A stretch of 64,000 bases of DNA, taken from contig NC_082722.1 of NCBI RefSeq assembly GCF_030144855.1, forward strand, positions 12,028,001 through 12,092,000, written 5' to 3'. This document shows positions 45,901 through 57,019 of this stretch, piece after piece (the stretch's first letter is position 1; each line of letters opens with the position of its first letter). This DNA comes from Hypanus sabinus. Lineage: Eukaryota. Made by a program: the position numbers and the translations under genes. A model generated the notes under the pieces. The model had not been told where the DNA came from and did no database searches. It saw only the letters and a program-made list of their open reading frames with translations.

Positions 45901-47774
45901 AGAATTTAGGAGAGCTCGAAGGAGGCATGAGAAGGCCTTGGCATGTCGGATTAAGGAGAACCTCAAGGCGTTCTATGCGCATGTGAAGAACAGAACGATG
46001 ACGAGAACGAAGGTGGGACCGCAAAAGGATAAAGAGAGCAACATGTGCCTGGAGGCGGAGGACGTTGGGGAGGTCCTCAATGAACACTTTGCTTCAGTAT
46101 TCACAAGTGAAAAGGATCTTGATCAGGGTCAGGTCGAAATAGAGCGGGCCTATGTGCTGGACAATGTAAGATTAAGGAAGAAGAAGTGCTGGATCTTCGT
46201 AAAAATATCAAGATTGATAAATCCCCAGGGCCTGATATGATGCACCCCAGTTTGTTGTGGTAATTGAGAGAAGGAGCATTAGCTATCTCCTTGAATCCTC
46301 TTTGGCTACAGGGGAAGTGCCGGAGGACTGGAGAATAGCAAATGTAGTTCCCTTGTTTAAAAAAGGTAATAGGGAGAAACCTAGGAACTATAGACCGGTG
46401 AGTCTTACGTTGGTGATCTGAAAACCACTAGAAAGGATTCTTAAGGATAGGATCTACGAGCATTTGGAGAAGTACAGTCTACTCAAGGATAGACAACATG
46501 GCTTTGTGAAGGGAAGATCGTGCCTCACGAGCCTGATTGATTTTTTTGAAGAGGTAACAAAAGAAATTGATGAGGATAGGGCAGTGGTTGACGTCTACAT
46601 GGACTTTAGCAAGGCATTTGACAAGGTTCCTCAGGAGAGAATCATTCAGAAAGTCATGAGGCATGGGATAAGTGGAACCTTGGCTGTTTGGATAAAAAAT
46701 TGGCTTAAAGGAAGAAAGCAGATGGTAGTTGTGGAAGGAAAGTATTCTGCCTGGAGGTCGGTGACTAGTGGAGTACCACAAGGATCTGTCCTGGGAACCC
46801 TGCTATTTGTGATTTTTATAAATGACCTGGATGTAGAGTCGGAAGGATGGGAGTGTAAATATGTGGATGACACGAAGATTAGAGGAGTTGTGGATGGAGC
46901 TGCAGGTTGTCGAAGGTTACAAGAGGATATAGACAGGCTGCAGAGTTGGGCAGAAAAATGGCAGATGGAGTTCAATCCGGATAAGTGTGATGTGATGCAT
47001 TTTGGAAAGACAAACCAGAAGACTGAGTACAGGACTAATGGTCAGTTACTTAAGAGTGTGGATGAACCAAGGGACCTTGGGGTTCAAATCCATACATCCC
47101 TCAAGGTCGCTGCGCAGGTTGATACAGTAGTTAAGAAGGCCTAGGCTTCATTAACAGGGGGATTGATTTCAAGAGTAGAGCGGTCATTTTGCAACTCTAC
47201 AAATCTTTGGTGAGACCGCACTTAGAGCATTGTGTTCAATTCTGGTCACGTCATTATAGGAAGGATGTGGAGGCTATGGAGAGGGTGCAGAGGAGATTTA
47301 TCAGGATGTTGCCTGGTTTGGAGAACAAGCCACATGAGGCAAGGTTAGCAGAGTTGGGACTTTTCGCTTTGGAGAATAGAAGAATGAGAGGGGACTTGAT
47401 AGAGGTCTACAAGATTATGAGAGGCTACAAGATTAGATAGGGTAGATAGTCAGTACCTGTTTCCCAGGGCACCAATAGCAAACACCAGAGAGTATATATA
47501 CAAAATTAAGGGAGGGAAGTTTAAGGGAGACATCAGGGATAAGTTTTTTACACAGAGGGTTGTAAGTGCCTGGAATGACTTGCCAGGAATGGTGGTGGAG
47601 GCTAAAACATTAGAGGTATTTAAAAGCCTCTTGGCAAGCACATAGATGAAAGAGAAATAGAGGGTTCTGGGGTAATGTGGGTTTAGGACTTTTTGAAGGA
47701 TTATATGGGCCTGCACAACCTGTACTGTGCTGTAGTTTTCTATGGTTCTATAGTTCTATGGATAACATTGGTCC

Positions 47775-49170
47775 CTTAGAGAATTAGAGTGGACAGCTCC
47801 AGCTCCACTCCACCACCGTCACCGGCAGCCCATTCGACGCACTCACCTCTCTCTGCGTAAAATACTTACCCCTGATATCTCCTCTGCACCTACTGCCAAG
47901 CAGCCTAAAACTGTACCCTCTCCTGCTAGCCATTTCCGCCCTGGGAAAAAGCCTCTGACTATGCACACGATCAATACCTCTCATCATCCTATACATCTCA
48001 TCGTCTGTCGCTCCAAGGAAAAAAAAACGAGTTGACTCAACCTGCTCTCATAAAGCGTGTTCCCCAATGCAGGCAACATCCTTGTAAATCTCCTCTGCAT
48101 CCTTTCTATGGTTTCCACATCCTTCCTATAGTGAGGCGACCAGAACTGAGCACAGTACTCCAAGGCGGTCTGAACGGGGCCCTACATAGCTGGAACATTG
48201 CCTATCGACTCCTAAATTCAGTCCCACGAATGATGAAGGCCAAAGCACCGTATGCTTTCTTAACTACAATGTCAACCTGCGCAGCCTTGAGTGTCCTATG
48301 GACTCGGACCCCAAGATTCCTCTAATCCTCCACACTGCCAAGAGTCTTACTATTAATACTATATTCTGTCATCATATTTGACCTACCAAAACAAACCACC
48401 TCACACTTATCTGGGTTGAGCTCCATCTGACACACCTCAGCCCGCTTTTGCATCATATCAATGTCCCGCTGTAAACTCTGACAGCCCTCCACACTATCCA
48501 CAATACCCCAACCTTTGTGTCATCAGCTAACTTGTTAACCCATCACTGCATTTCCTCATCCACGTCATTTATATAAGTCACGAAGAGTAGGGATCCAGAA
48601 AAGAACCCTAAGGCACACCACTGGTCACCGACCTCCATGCAGATTATACCCATCTACAACCCCTCTTTTCCTTCTGTGGGCAGGCCAGTTCTCGATCCAC
48701 AAAGCAATGTCCCCTTGAATCTCATGCCTTCTTACTTTCTGGGGTGCCTTATCAAATGCCTTGCTGAAATCCATATACACTGCATCCACTGTTCTACGTT
48801 TATCAATGCTCTCTAGCCTCTGACTCCTGTCCTTCCCTCTCCTGACTGCTACCCAATAATCAGTCTCTCCAGGCCCCAGTGTGACTACCTGCCTGTAGCT
48901 CCTCTCTATCACCTCCTCACTCTCCCTGACCAGACGAAGGTAATGGAGCTCTTTCTCCATTTCCCTAACACGATCCCTAAGGAGCTGCAGATCGACGCAC
49001 CTGGCGCAGATGTGGCCGTCCGGGAGGCTGGCATTCTTCCGGACGTCCAGATCTTCGACATCTCGTCTGACACCTTCGGTACCTCGTCCGGCTCCGCCGC
49101 CGACACCAATCCAGCTACTCCGATCAACGAGAAGCTCACTTAAAGAGTAGCCCTGCAGTACTCGAAGATC
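47775..49170 (-). mobile_element. Composite CR1 fragments (RT 3' part joined to an ORF1 piece)
   Basis: MYRMMRGIDRVHSQRLFPR; [10 protein letters not shown] fused to HICARCVDLQLLRDRVRE. Confidence 0.88.
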
Positions 49171-49754
49171 TTGGGGTAGAATTGGCTTTGGATCCCAAAA
49201 GACAAATTTTACAAAGACAAAAGTACCTTTGCTTGGCCCCTGAGAGGCCACTGCATTCGCACACGCCGATTTTACAATTGCATGAAGACCATAAACACAT
49301 AAAAGAAAAAGTCCTAAAATTGTTCCAGTCCTTCCTTCCCTTCTATGTGTCCTTCACTTTTCATTATTATATCCCAAGTTTCGTTATGTGTACGCTCAGC
49401 GCGATTCACTGCAGCGAAAACAACTGAATAAAGCATATTCCCTCAACTAATTTTCTGCAATTCAGAGCATTTTGTAAATTTGTACTGCGTCCAATCTTAT
49501 ATGCCATCTTGGAGCTGTTCTCCTGTAATCAATCAGATCAATTGATCTCAAACACAAAATACTCTGCAGATGCTGAGATCAAAGTAACACGCACAACACG
49601 CTGGAGGAACTCAGCAGGTCGGGCAGCATCCGTGGAAACGAACAGTTTTCGGGACGAGACCCTTGGTCAGGACCGAGTCATTTGTCGCTTTTGGTTTTGA
49701 CATTCAGTTTCCTAAGCTAATAGAAAACAAGGACCCTGAACGGTAAGGTGGTGG

Positions 49755-52700
49755 TGTCATGGTCCCGTTTGGCATTCCCCCATCTTGCTATTATCTCTTT
49801 GATTGTGCCTTAATTCGTGTCGTCTGATTCTCAATGATGGCTAGTTCCTTTAATTACGGCTCATCTGGTTGCCATTAACGAACGTAGGATAAGAACTCTG
49901 GTGTCACAGCCTTGCTTCGCTAGTTCGTTGGTCAATTCTAATGTGTGGAAACCTCGATTCTTGATTCCTTAGGACTGTCAGTTCTAAGCTCCGCACCATT
50001 CACTGGATAATCTATGTAAGCCTTGTCTCCGTGTAAAGACTCCTGTTCCACGTTCGCGGCTGTGCTAGCGCTTCACGACCTTGTCTCCGTGCCTGTGTCC
50101 TGCACTTGGGTTCGTCCCCAGCCACGTTCTTGCAATAGAACGAACTGGCCCAGAATGAACCAGCGGACATCTACCCCATGCAACTGGCTCTCGTCAGCTG
50201 GGTTTACTGCTCAGAGAAGTCATGGAAAAACTTTGTCCCCTGTCCGAGGATGTAAAAAAGCTCAGTGAGTAGGTAGACCAGGTATCCACTCCCCTTACTC
50301 CGTCCCTTCCAGGAATTCATTCTGACCAAACCGCAGAGCCTGCGATGGCTACGCCCCTTGGATCGGCACACAATTACCTCGAGAGCAGTACGTACCCGAA
50401 CCGGAACCCTACACTGGGGACCTAGGGAAGTGCCGGGTTTTCTTTCTACAATGATCTCTGGCTTTTGAGCAACAGCCACGTACGTAGACCTCGAACAGAT
50501 CAAAAATTGCGTATATCATGGGGCTGTTACGAGGCGATGCCTTATCATAGGCCACCGCGATCAGGGACAAACGGCCAGAGGGCTGTTCCTCCTTCTCCTC
50601 CTCCGTCTCCGAAATGAGGAAGGTTTTTGAACAGCCCACTCGCGATCAGGATGCCGCTCAGCGCCTGATAACTCTCTGTCAGGGTCTGCGAAGCGAAGCG
50701 AAATACTCTATAGAGTTTCGAACATTAGCGGCCGACTCCGGATGGAATGACGAGGCACTAAGGGAAATGTTTGGCCAGGGTCTCTCAGACAAGATAAAAG
50801 ATAAATTGGCAGCGAGGGATGACGCGGACAGCCTGGACTTTTCGTTTTCTCTCGCCACTAGGCTAGATAATCGACTTCGAGAGCGTCTGAGGTCGCCCCG
50901 CTCCTCGGGTCATCCCACGACTAATCTTGCCATATTCGACCAGCCTCCCTTCCCCGCCCGCTCCTAATATAGTTCCCGCTCTGACTGTTCTGGTGAGCCA
51001 GATGACACTCCCTTCAGTTCACTAAACCCGGATGCAGATCCCGACTACAGTGAATTATCATCACCAGTCTCTGTCTCTATCCGCCATGATGGACTCCGGT
51101 GCCGAGGGAAATCGGTTGGACGAGGGCATTGCCTCCAGGGCTGGAATTCCACGGGAACTGTTAAGTACCCCTCTGAAGTCCCGAGCGCTGGACGGAAACA
51201 CTGCTGACTTGGGTCACCCACTGTACGCCACCCCTGAACTTGATTCGAGCGGAAACCATCGACAGACGGTATGAATTAATTCAATCCATTCTCCTCAAGC
51301 CCCTATATTTGTGGGATACTCCTAGTTGAACCACGACAATCTCCACATCGACTGGTCTACTGGGAGGATATCCAGCTGGAACCCATTTTGGCACGCCACC
51401 AGTCTGCAGTCGGTTCTATCCCCTTATGGGGGATACTACAGCTGTCTTGGAAACCCTCAACTTGTCCAGAATTCCCACAGAATGCCACGACCTTGGACAG
51501 GTATTCAGCAAACAGCGGGCCCTTTCCCTACCTCCATACCGCACGCATGATTGCGCTACCGACCTTCTCCCAGGGGCCTCGTTACCGACCAGTCGCCTGT
51601 ATAACTTGTCCCGAACTGAGGGAGAGAGACCATGGAGAACTACATTAGTGAGTCCCTCGCGGCGGGCATTATTCGACACGCATCCTCCGCGGTGGACGCC
51701 GGTTTCTTCTTTGTAGAGAAAAAGGATCGCTTCATCTCTGTATCGATTACCGAGGACTTAACAACGTCACCGTTAAAAAAAAGTACTCACTCGGCGTTTG
51801 GATCTTCGTAGCGCCTACCGTCTAGTCAGGATAAGGGATGGAGACGAGTGAAAGACGGCATTTAATACACCATTGGGCCACTTCGAATATTTGGTCATGC
51901 TGTTAGGCCTCACCAATACCCCCGCCGTTTTTCAAGCCCTAATCAATGACGGGCCGAGGGAGTTAATAAACCGCTTTGTGTTCGTCTACCTACATGACAT
52001 CTTAATATTTTGTAGCAGCCTCCAGAAACGCATTCAACATCTCCGTCTAGTCCTACAGAGACTGTGGGAGAACAAGTTATTTGTGAAGGCGGAGAAGTGT
52101 GAATTCCGCGACACCTCGGTCAGCTTCCTGCGCTATATCGTCGAGAGCGGGCAAGTGTGGGCTGATCCTGAGAAGATCCGGCGGTGGAAGAATGGCCCAG
52201 ACCCACGACCCGCAAGCATCTTCAGCGGTTTTTGGGTCTTCCAAACTTCTATCGCCGGTTTGTCAGGGATTACAGTCAGGTGGAGGTACCTCACCAACAA
52301 CACCTTTTCTTTGGGACTCCGCGGCCGATTCAGCATTCACTGAACTGAAGAGGCTTTTCACGACCGCTCTCATCCTGGTCCAATCGGATCCCTCCCTCCA
52401 GCTCATTGTAGAGGTTGACGCCTCCGACTCCGGAGCGGGAGCAGTTCTGTCCCAACCATCAAGTCCGGACGAGAAGCTTCAACCCTGTGCCTTCTTTCCT
52501 CGCTGCTGTCCCACCCCGAACGGAATTACGACGTGGGGAACCGGCGGTCAAGCGAGCGTTGGAGGAGTGGAGGCACTGGCTGGACGGGGCAGAACAACCA
52601 TTTATTGTTTGGACTGATCATAAGAACCTTGGATATATTCAGGCCGCCAAATGTTTCAACTCCCGCCAGGCCCGTTGGGCATTATATTTTGGCCGATTCA

Positions 52701-54025
52701 AGTTTCCTCACTTACTGTCCGGGGTCCAAGATATGGAAACCCGACGCGCTCTCCCGCCAATACAATTCCAAGGAGGACATTTCCATCCTGAGACCATCCT
52801 CTCACCATCCTGTGTGGAGGCGGCCATCACTTGGGAGATTGAGTCCATAGTAAAAGAGGCACAAAGGAATGACCCTGACCCCGGCAACGGACCTGCCGAT
52901 CTGCTTTTTGTGCCCGATTCCGTCAGGTCTCAGATCCTCCAGTGGGGCACAGATCTCGGTTCGCCTGCCACCCCGGGAGTGACACTCCTCGCGTGGGTAG
53001 TGTACGCCCACAACTCTCTGGTTAGCACTGCCACCGGAAGATCTCCTTATGAATGCTCCCTTGGGTACAAACCTCCGCTGTTCCCCGGTTAAGGAGAGGA
53101 GATTGCGGTACCGTCTGTTCAGGCCCATATCGATCTGTGACGCAGTGCTTGGGAGGACATACGCATGGTCCTGGTCCGATCAGTCGATCGCTACCGGAGG
53201 ATTGCCGATCGCCATCGGACTCCGGCACCTGAGTATCGACCTGGGCAGAAGGTGTGGCTCTCGTCCGAAGACATTCTTCTCAAAAACGAGCCTAAGAAGC
53301 TCGCCCGTCGCTTCCTGGGACCTTTCGAAGTCGAAAGTATCATCAACCTCACAGCAGTCTGACTTAAGCTACCTAAGTCCATGCACATCTACCCTTTCAC
53401 GTTTCCCAATTAAAACCAGTTTCCGTCAGTCCTTTGTGCCCTCCACCCACCCGATTCATCGACAACTACCCGGCATACACCGTCCGGCGGCTACTGGATG
53501 TGCGACGTCGGGACAGGGGCCTCCAATACGTTGTCGACAGGGAAGCATTCCTGGGTTCCCCACTCCTTCATCCTGGACCCTTCTCTCATCTGTGACTTCC
53601 ATCGGGACCATCCAGATAAGCCTGGAGGATCGCTTGGAGGCTCCCATTGAGGAGAGGGTCCTATCATGATACCGTTTGGCAATTCCCCTTCTTGCTATTA
53701 CCTCCTTGATTGTGCCTCAATGGTTGCTAGTTCCTTTAATTACAGCTCACCTGGTTCCCATTAGCGAACACAGGATAAGAACTCTGGCGTCACAGCCAAG
53801 CTTTGCCAATTCGTTGGTGAATTCTAGTGCGTGGAAACCTCGTTTCCTGATTCCTTAGGACTGTAAATTCTAAACTCCGCAATGTTCCCTGGATAATCTA
53901 CGTAAACCGTGTGAAGACTCACCTGGATACCTGTTCCACGTTCGCGGCTGTGCTAGCGCTTCACGATCCTGTCTCCGTGCCTGTGTCCTGCACTTGTGTA
54001 CATCCCCAGCCACGTCCGTGCAACA
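49755..54025 (+). mobile_element. Gypsy chromovirus provirus with both LTRs (49755-50137, 53662-54025), degenerate gag-pol
   Basis: Exact 5-bp TSD GGTGG (49750-49754 / 54026-54030). gag EFRTLAADSGWNDEAL, protease [34 protein letters not shown], RNase[14 protein letters not shown], chromodomain [22 protein letters not shown]. Confidence 0.96.
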
Positions 54026-54084
54026 GGTGGCGCGTTCGGACGTAGCGGCCCTTTGGCAGCAAACCAAATGTACCGTTTTTTTCT

Positions 54085-54412
54085 ATCTTAAGTGAGTGTG
54101 TGTGTGTTTTTCTTTTTTGTAATTTATTTGTTTTATTGAAGTTCCTCATCAAACAAACATTTCTATAAAATGTATTTCAGACACTTTACATATATATCAT
54201 ATAATCGTATATATCACAAATCTCCACAAAATATTTATCTGAGGCATAAACTTATAGAAAAGAGTGGAAAGAAAAATCAAGCAAAAGGAAAGAACTATGT
54301 ACAAGTAGGGAGTGATTTTTGTTTTTACAACATTTCCATTGATTTGTGAGAATAAAATCAGGCCTATGAGGCATTATGTAGTTAGACCATTTTCCCCAGT
54401 ATAAATCAAATT
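54085..54412 (-). mobile_element. L1-clade 3' UTR/tail fragment
   Basis: Reverse-complement match by eye to 43440-43743 (TTTATTGAAGTT..CATCA..AACAAACATTTC; GGCCTATGAGGCATTATGTAG). Confidence 0.85.
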
Positions 54413-56526
54413 ATGTTCGCAAGTCTGTGCTGGACGCCCAATACTTCGAGTAGAGAAAGTCTACGGCATCAGTGAGATGCTCGTTCATCGGGGAAGCTGG
54501 CCGGTGTGCGGAGAAGAAGCAGTCTGGTGTATTTGAAAAGGAGCAGCGTGCCGGTGTGTTGGGTACGGAGCCGGAAGGTATGTCGGAGAAGGAGGAGCTG
54601 GTTAGGGTTCGGAGGAGCTGACCTGGCTGTAGAATGTTGCTACCGCTACTCAGAAACATCGCAGCTGGTGCAGTATAACCGTGGGAGAATGTCGCAGACA
54701 TTTCACTTGCGATCGCAAGACTCTGTAGGACAGTGATAATGTAAGTTACCACAGGCCTGTTACCCTTGTCCGGTGGTGAGCAGACGACATGGAAGCTGCG
54801 TGGCTTCGCTTGTAGCGAGGATTCGGCTTCAGGACTTGAGCTTGCCTACTGTTGCAGATCAGTTGAGAGGACGTAGAAGTGTTGTAGCGTGGCTTCTGCG
54901 CTCGGCTGGGGCTTGGTCTGTGCTGCCGTGCCGAGATGGAGCGGCGAAATAAATGAGAGGCTGAACGCATGCGTCAGCACATTACTGGGAGTCTGTACTT
55001 TCGATTGCCAAACGGTATCGTCCAGGGTCTTGGGCTATATGTGTATGATTTTTATCGAGTGAATATGCTTCTTTGATCGCTATTTTGGATGTTGTTACCC
55101 GTTATTTTGAGTATCACTCGCTACTTTTGAATGTTTGCTTGCTGTTTTGAATGTTTTGCACCTTGGCCCCGGAGAAACACTATCTTGTTCAGCTCTTTGC
55201 ATGATTTGAGTGATAATTTAACTTGCTTTGATATGATGTATCTAAATTCAGAGAAGAACGATTTAGCCATAATTTGGCCATTATCCTGCAACAAGATGGA
55301 ATTTTCGCATGTGAAAACATAGCTGGGTAGTAAATATGATTACCAGAGTAAATAGAACATACAGTTTCAGAAACAGAAGGAATCACTATGTGTATTGAAA
55401 CGAATTGTCAATTCAAGAAAGCATATCAAACCAGCTTGTCTTCCATGGAACAAACACTGGAGGACACCGAATGGTCCCAGCTGTTATCTTTCCTTTGAGG
55501 TAGCATGGCAAATGCAGTGCAGCCCCAGACACCATGCCTTACAGCTTACAATAATGGAGGAATATAATTGTTCAACGTACTTGATGGAACACTATTGAAG
55601 GGAACTACGTTGTCCTGGAGTCGTCAATATTCTGGTGTATTGCTCGGAAATCTAACCACCTAGATAAGTGGAAATAATCCATTCAATTTCTGATTTTTCG
55701 CTGTTTATGGTGGCAACGTTTTGGCTGAATCAGTAAGTAAACCGCTCATTTCAGAATGTCATCCTTATACACGCTTTCATATGTGTTGGTTCAGCAGAGT
55801 TCTTGGGCAATACTGACTTAACTAGTTTTATGATGTAGGCCCCAGCTTTTGGATTTGTTCGATACATTGCAAATGGGAGATACCTACATAACTTCAAAGA
55901 TCTGAATAGTTGGTTCGTATAGGGTCCGTTCTAGAGCAAACGTCTTCGGCACGTACATTACCAGATAAAGCTATGTCAAGGTTACCTGCGATTTTGTTCT
56001 TTTAGCAGGTGTGCATCAAAGTGCGACGGACTCTATGATGTGAGTAACCTGCCCGCAATCCCATTTTTCTCCTCAGGCTGAAAACGATTCTGAATGTTTC
56101 AGTCATGCTTAAGGAACTGGTGCACGACCTCGTCGAAGAAGCTAGCAAAAATATTCGAAACTCGTACTTCCATTAGCCGTTTAGCTGTCTACCACCATAT
56201 AGTGTCGCATGATAGTAGCATTTTTCTGCTTTCTTTTTTGTCTGAGGGATATGGGAGTTACCATTACCTCATGTTCATATAATTTTGTTATTTCAGATGC
56301 AAGTGATTCTCTATTGGAGTTTTGTAAAGAGGCACAGCATTTTAGTTCACATCGACAATTCATTGCGTACTTTTCTACTAGTTCACTTAAGACAATGATC
56401 ACACGCGCGGGTTGAACTGATAGAATTGGGAAAACACCATACTTGTGGTGGCATTTGTTTCTATCTCATACGGCCTGTCATACCTAATGACTGCCCAGTT
56501 ATGATATACCTGTTCCACCTTGAAAC

Positions 56527-56678
56527 NNNNNNNNNNNNNNNNNNNNNNNNNNNNNNNNNNNNNNNNNNNNNNNNNNNNNNNNNNNNNNNNNNNNNNNNNN
56601 NNNNNNNNNNNNNNNNNNNNNNNNNNNNNNNNNNNNNNNNNNNNNNNNNNNNNNNNNNNNNNNNNNNNNNNNNNNNNN
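56527..56678. other. Assembly gap (152 N)
   Basis: Run of N. Confidence 0.99.
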
Positions 56679-57019
56679 TTTTACTTAAAATTAGCCTTAA
56701 TTAGCTTTTCTAAGCACCAATAGCAAATCTGAAATAATTTCTATTGTACACATTGGCCGTCTCTGCCAAAATAAATTTATTAGTTTTACACAATTTTAAA
56801 GAGATCTTGAGCACCTTTACCAGTCATGTGAATTTGAATTCCCAGGACATAACAATTTTGAAATGATTCGGCTTTCTAAAAGTATACCCGACGTGCGGCC
56901 ACTGAGAATTTGATCATGATTCTTCTGCTGATTTTGAATAGAGTAACAGCTTCTTTCAGTCACTTCTATCTAACTTACTTTAATGTTTCCAATCGGTTTT
57001 GAAATTTCACTTTTAAACG

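Larger units (their letters stand above)
35263..47760 (+). mobile_element. Full-length degenerate CR1 LINE split by an L1 insertion (CR1 parts 35263-35569 and 43759-47760)
   Basis: 5'UTR at 35263-35569 continues at 43759. ORF1 (CGWCQMW..CTRCIEMQLL; GDSIVRG; HIGTKDIG), ORF2 ([35 protein letters not shown]), and tail TTCTATGGTTCTATAGTTCTATG. Confidence 0.92.

Noticed and set aside
56426-56723. ORFs spanning X residues
   Set aside because: Artefacts of the N gap.
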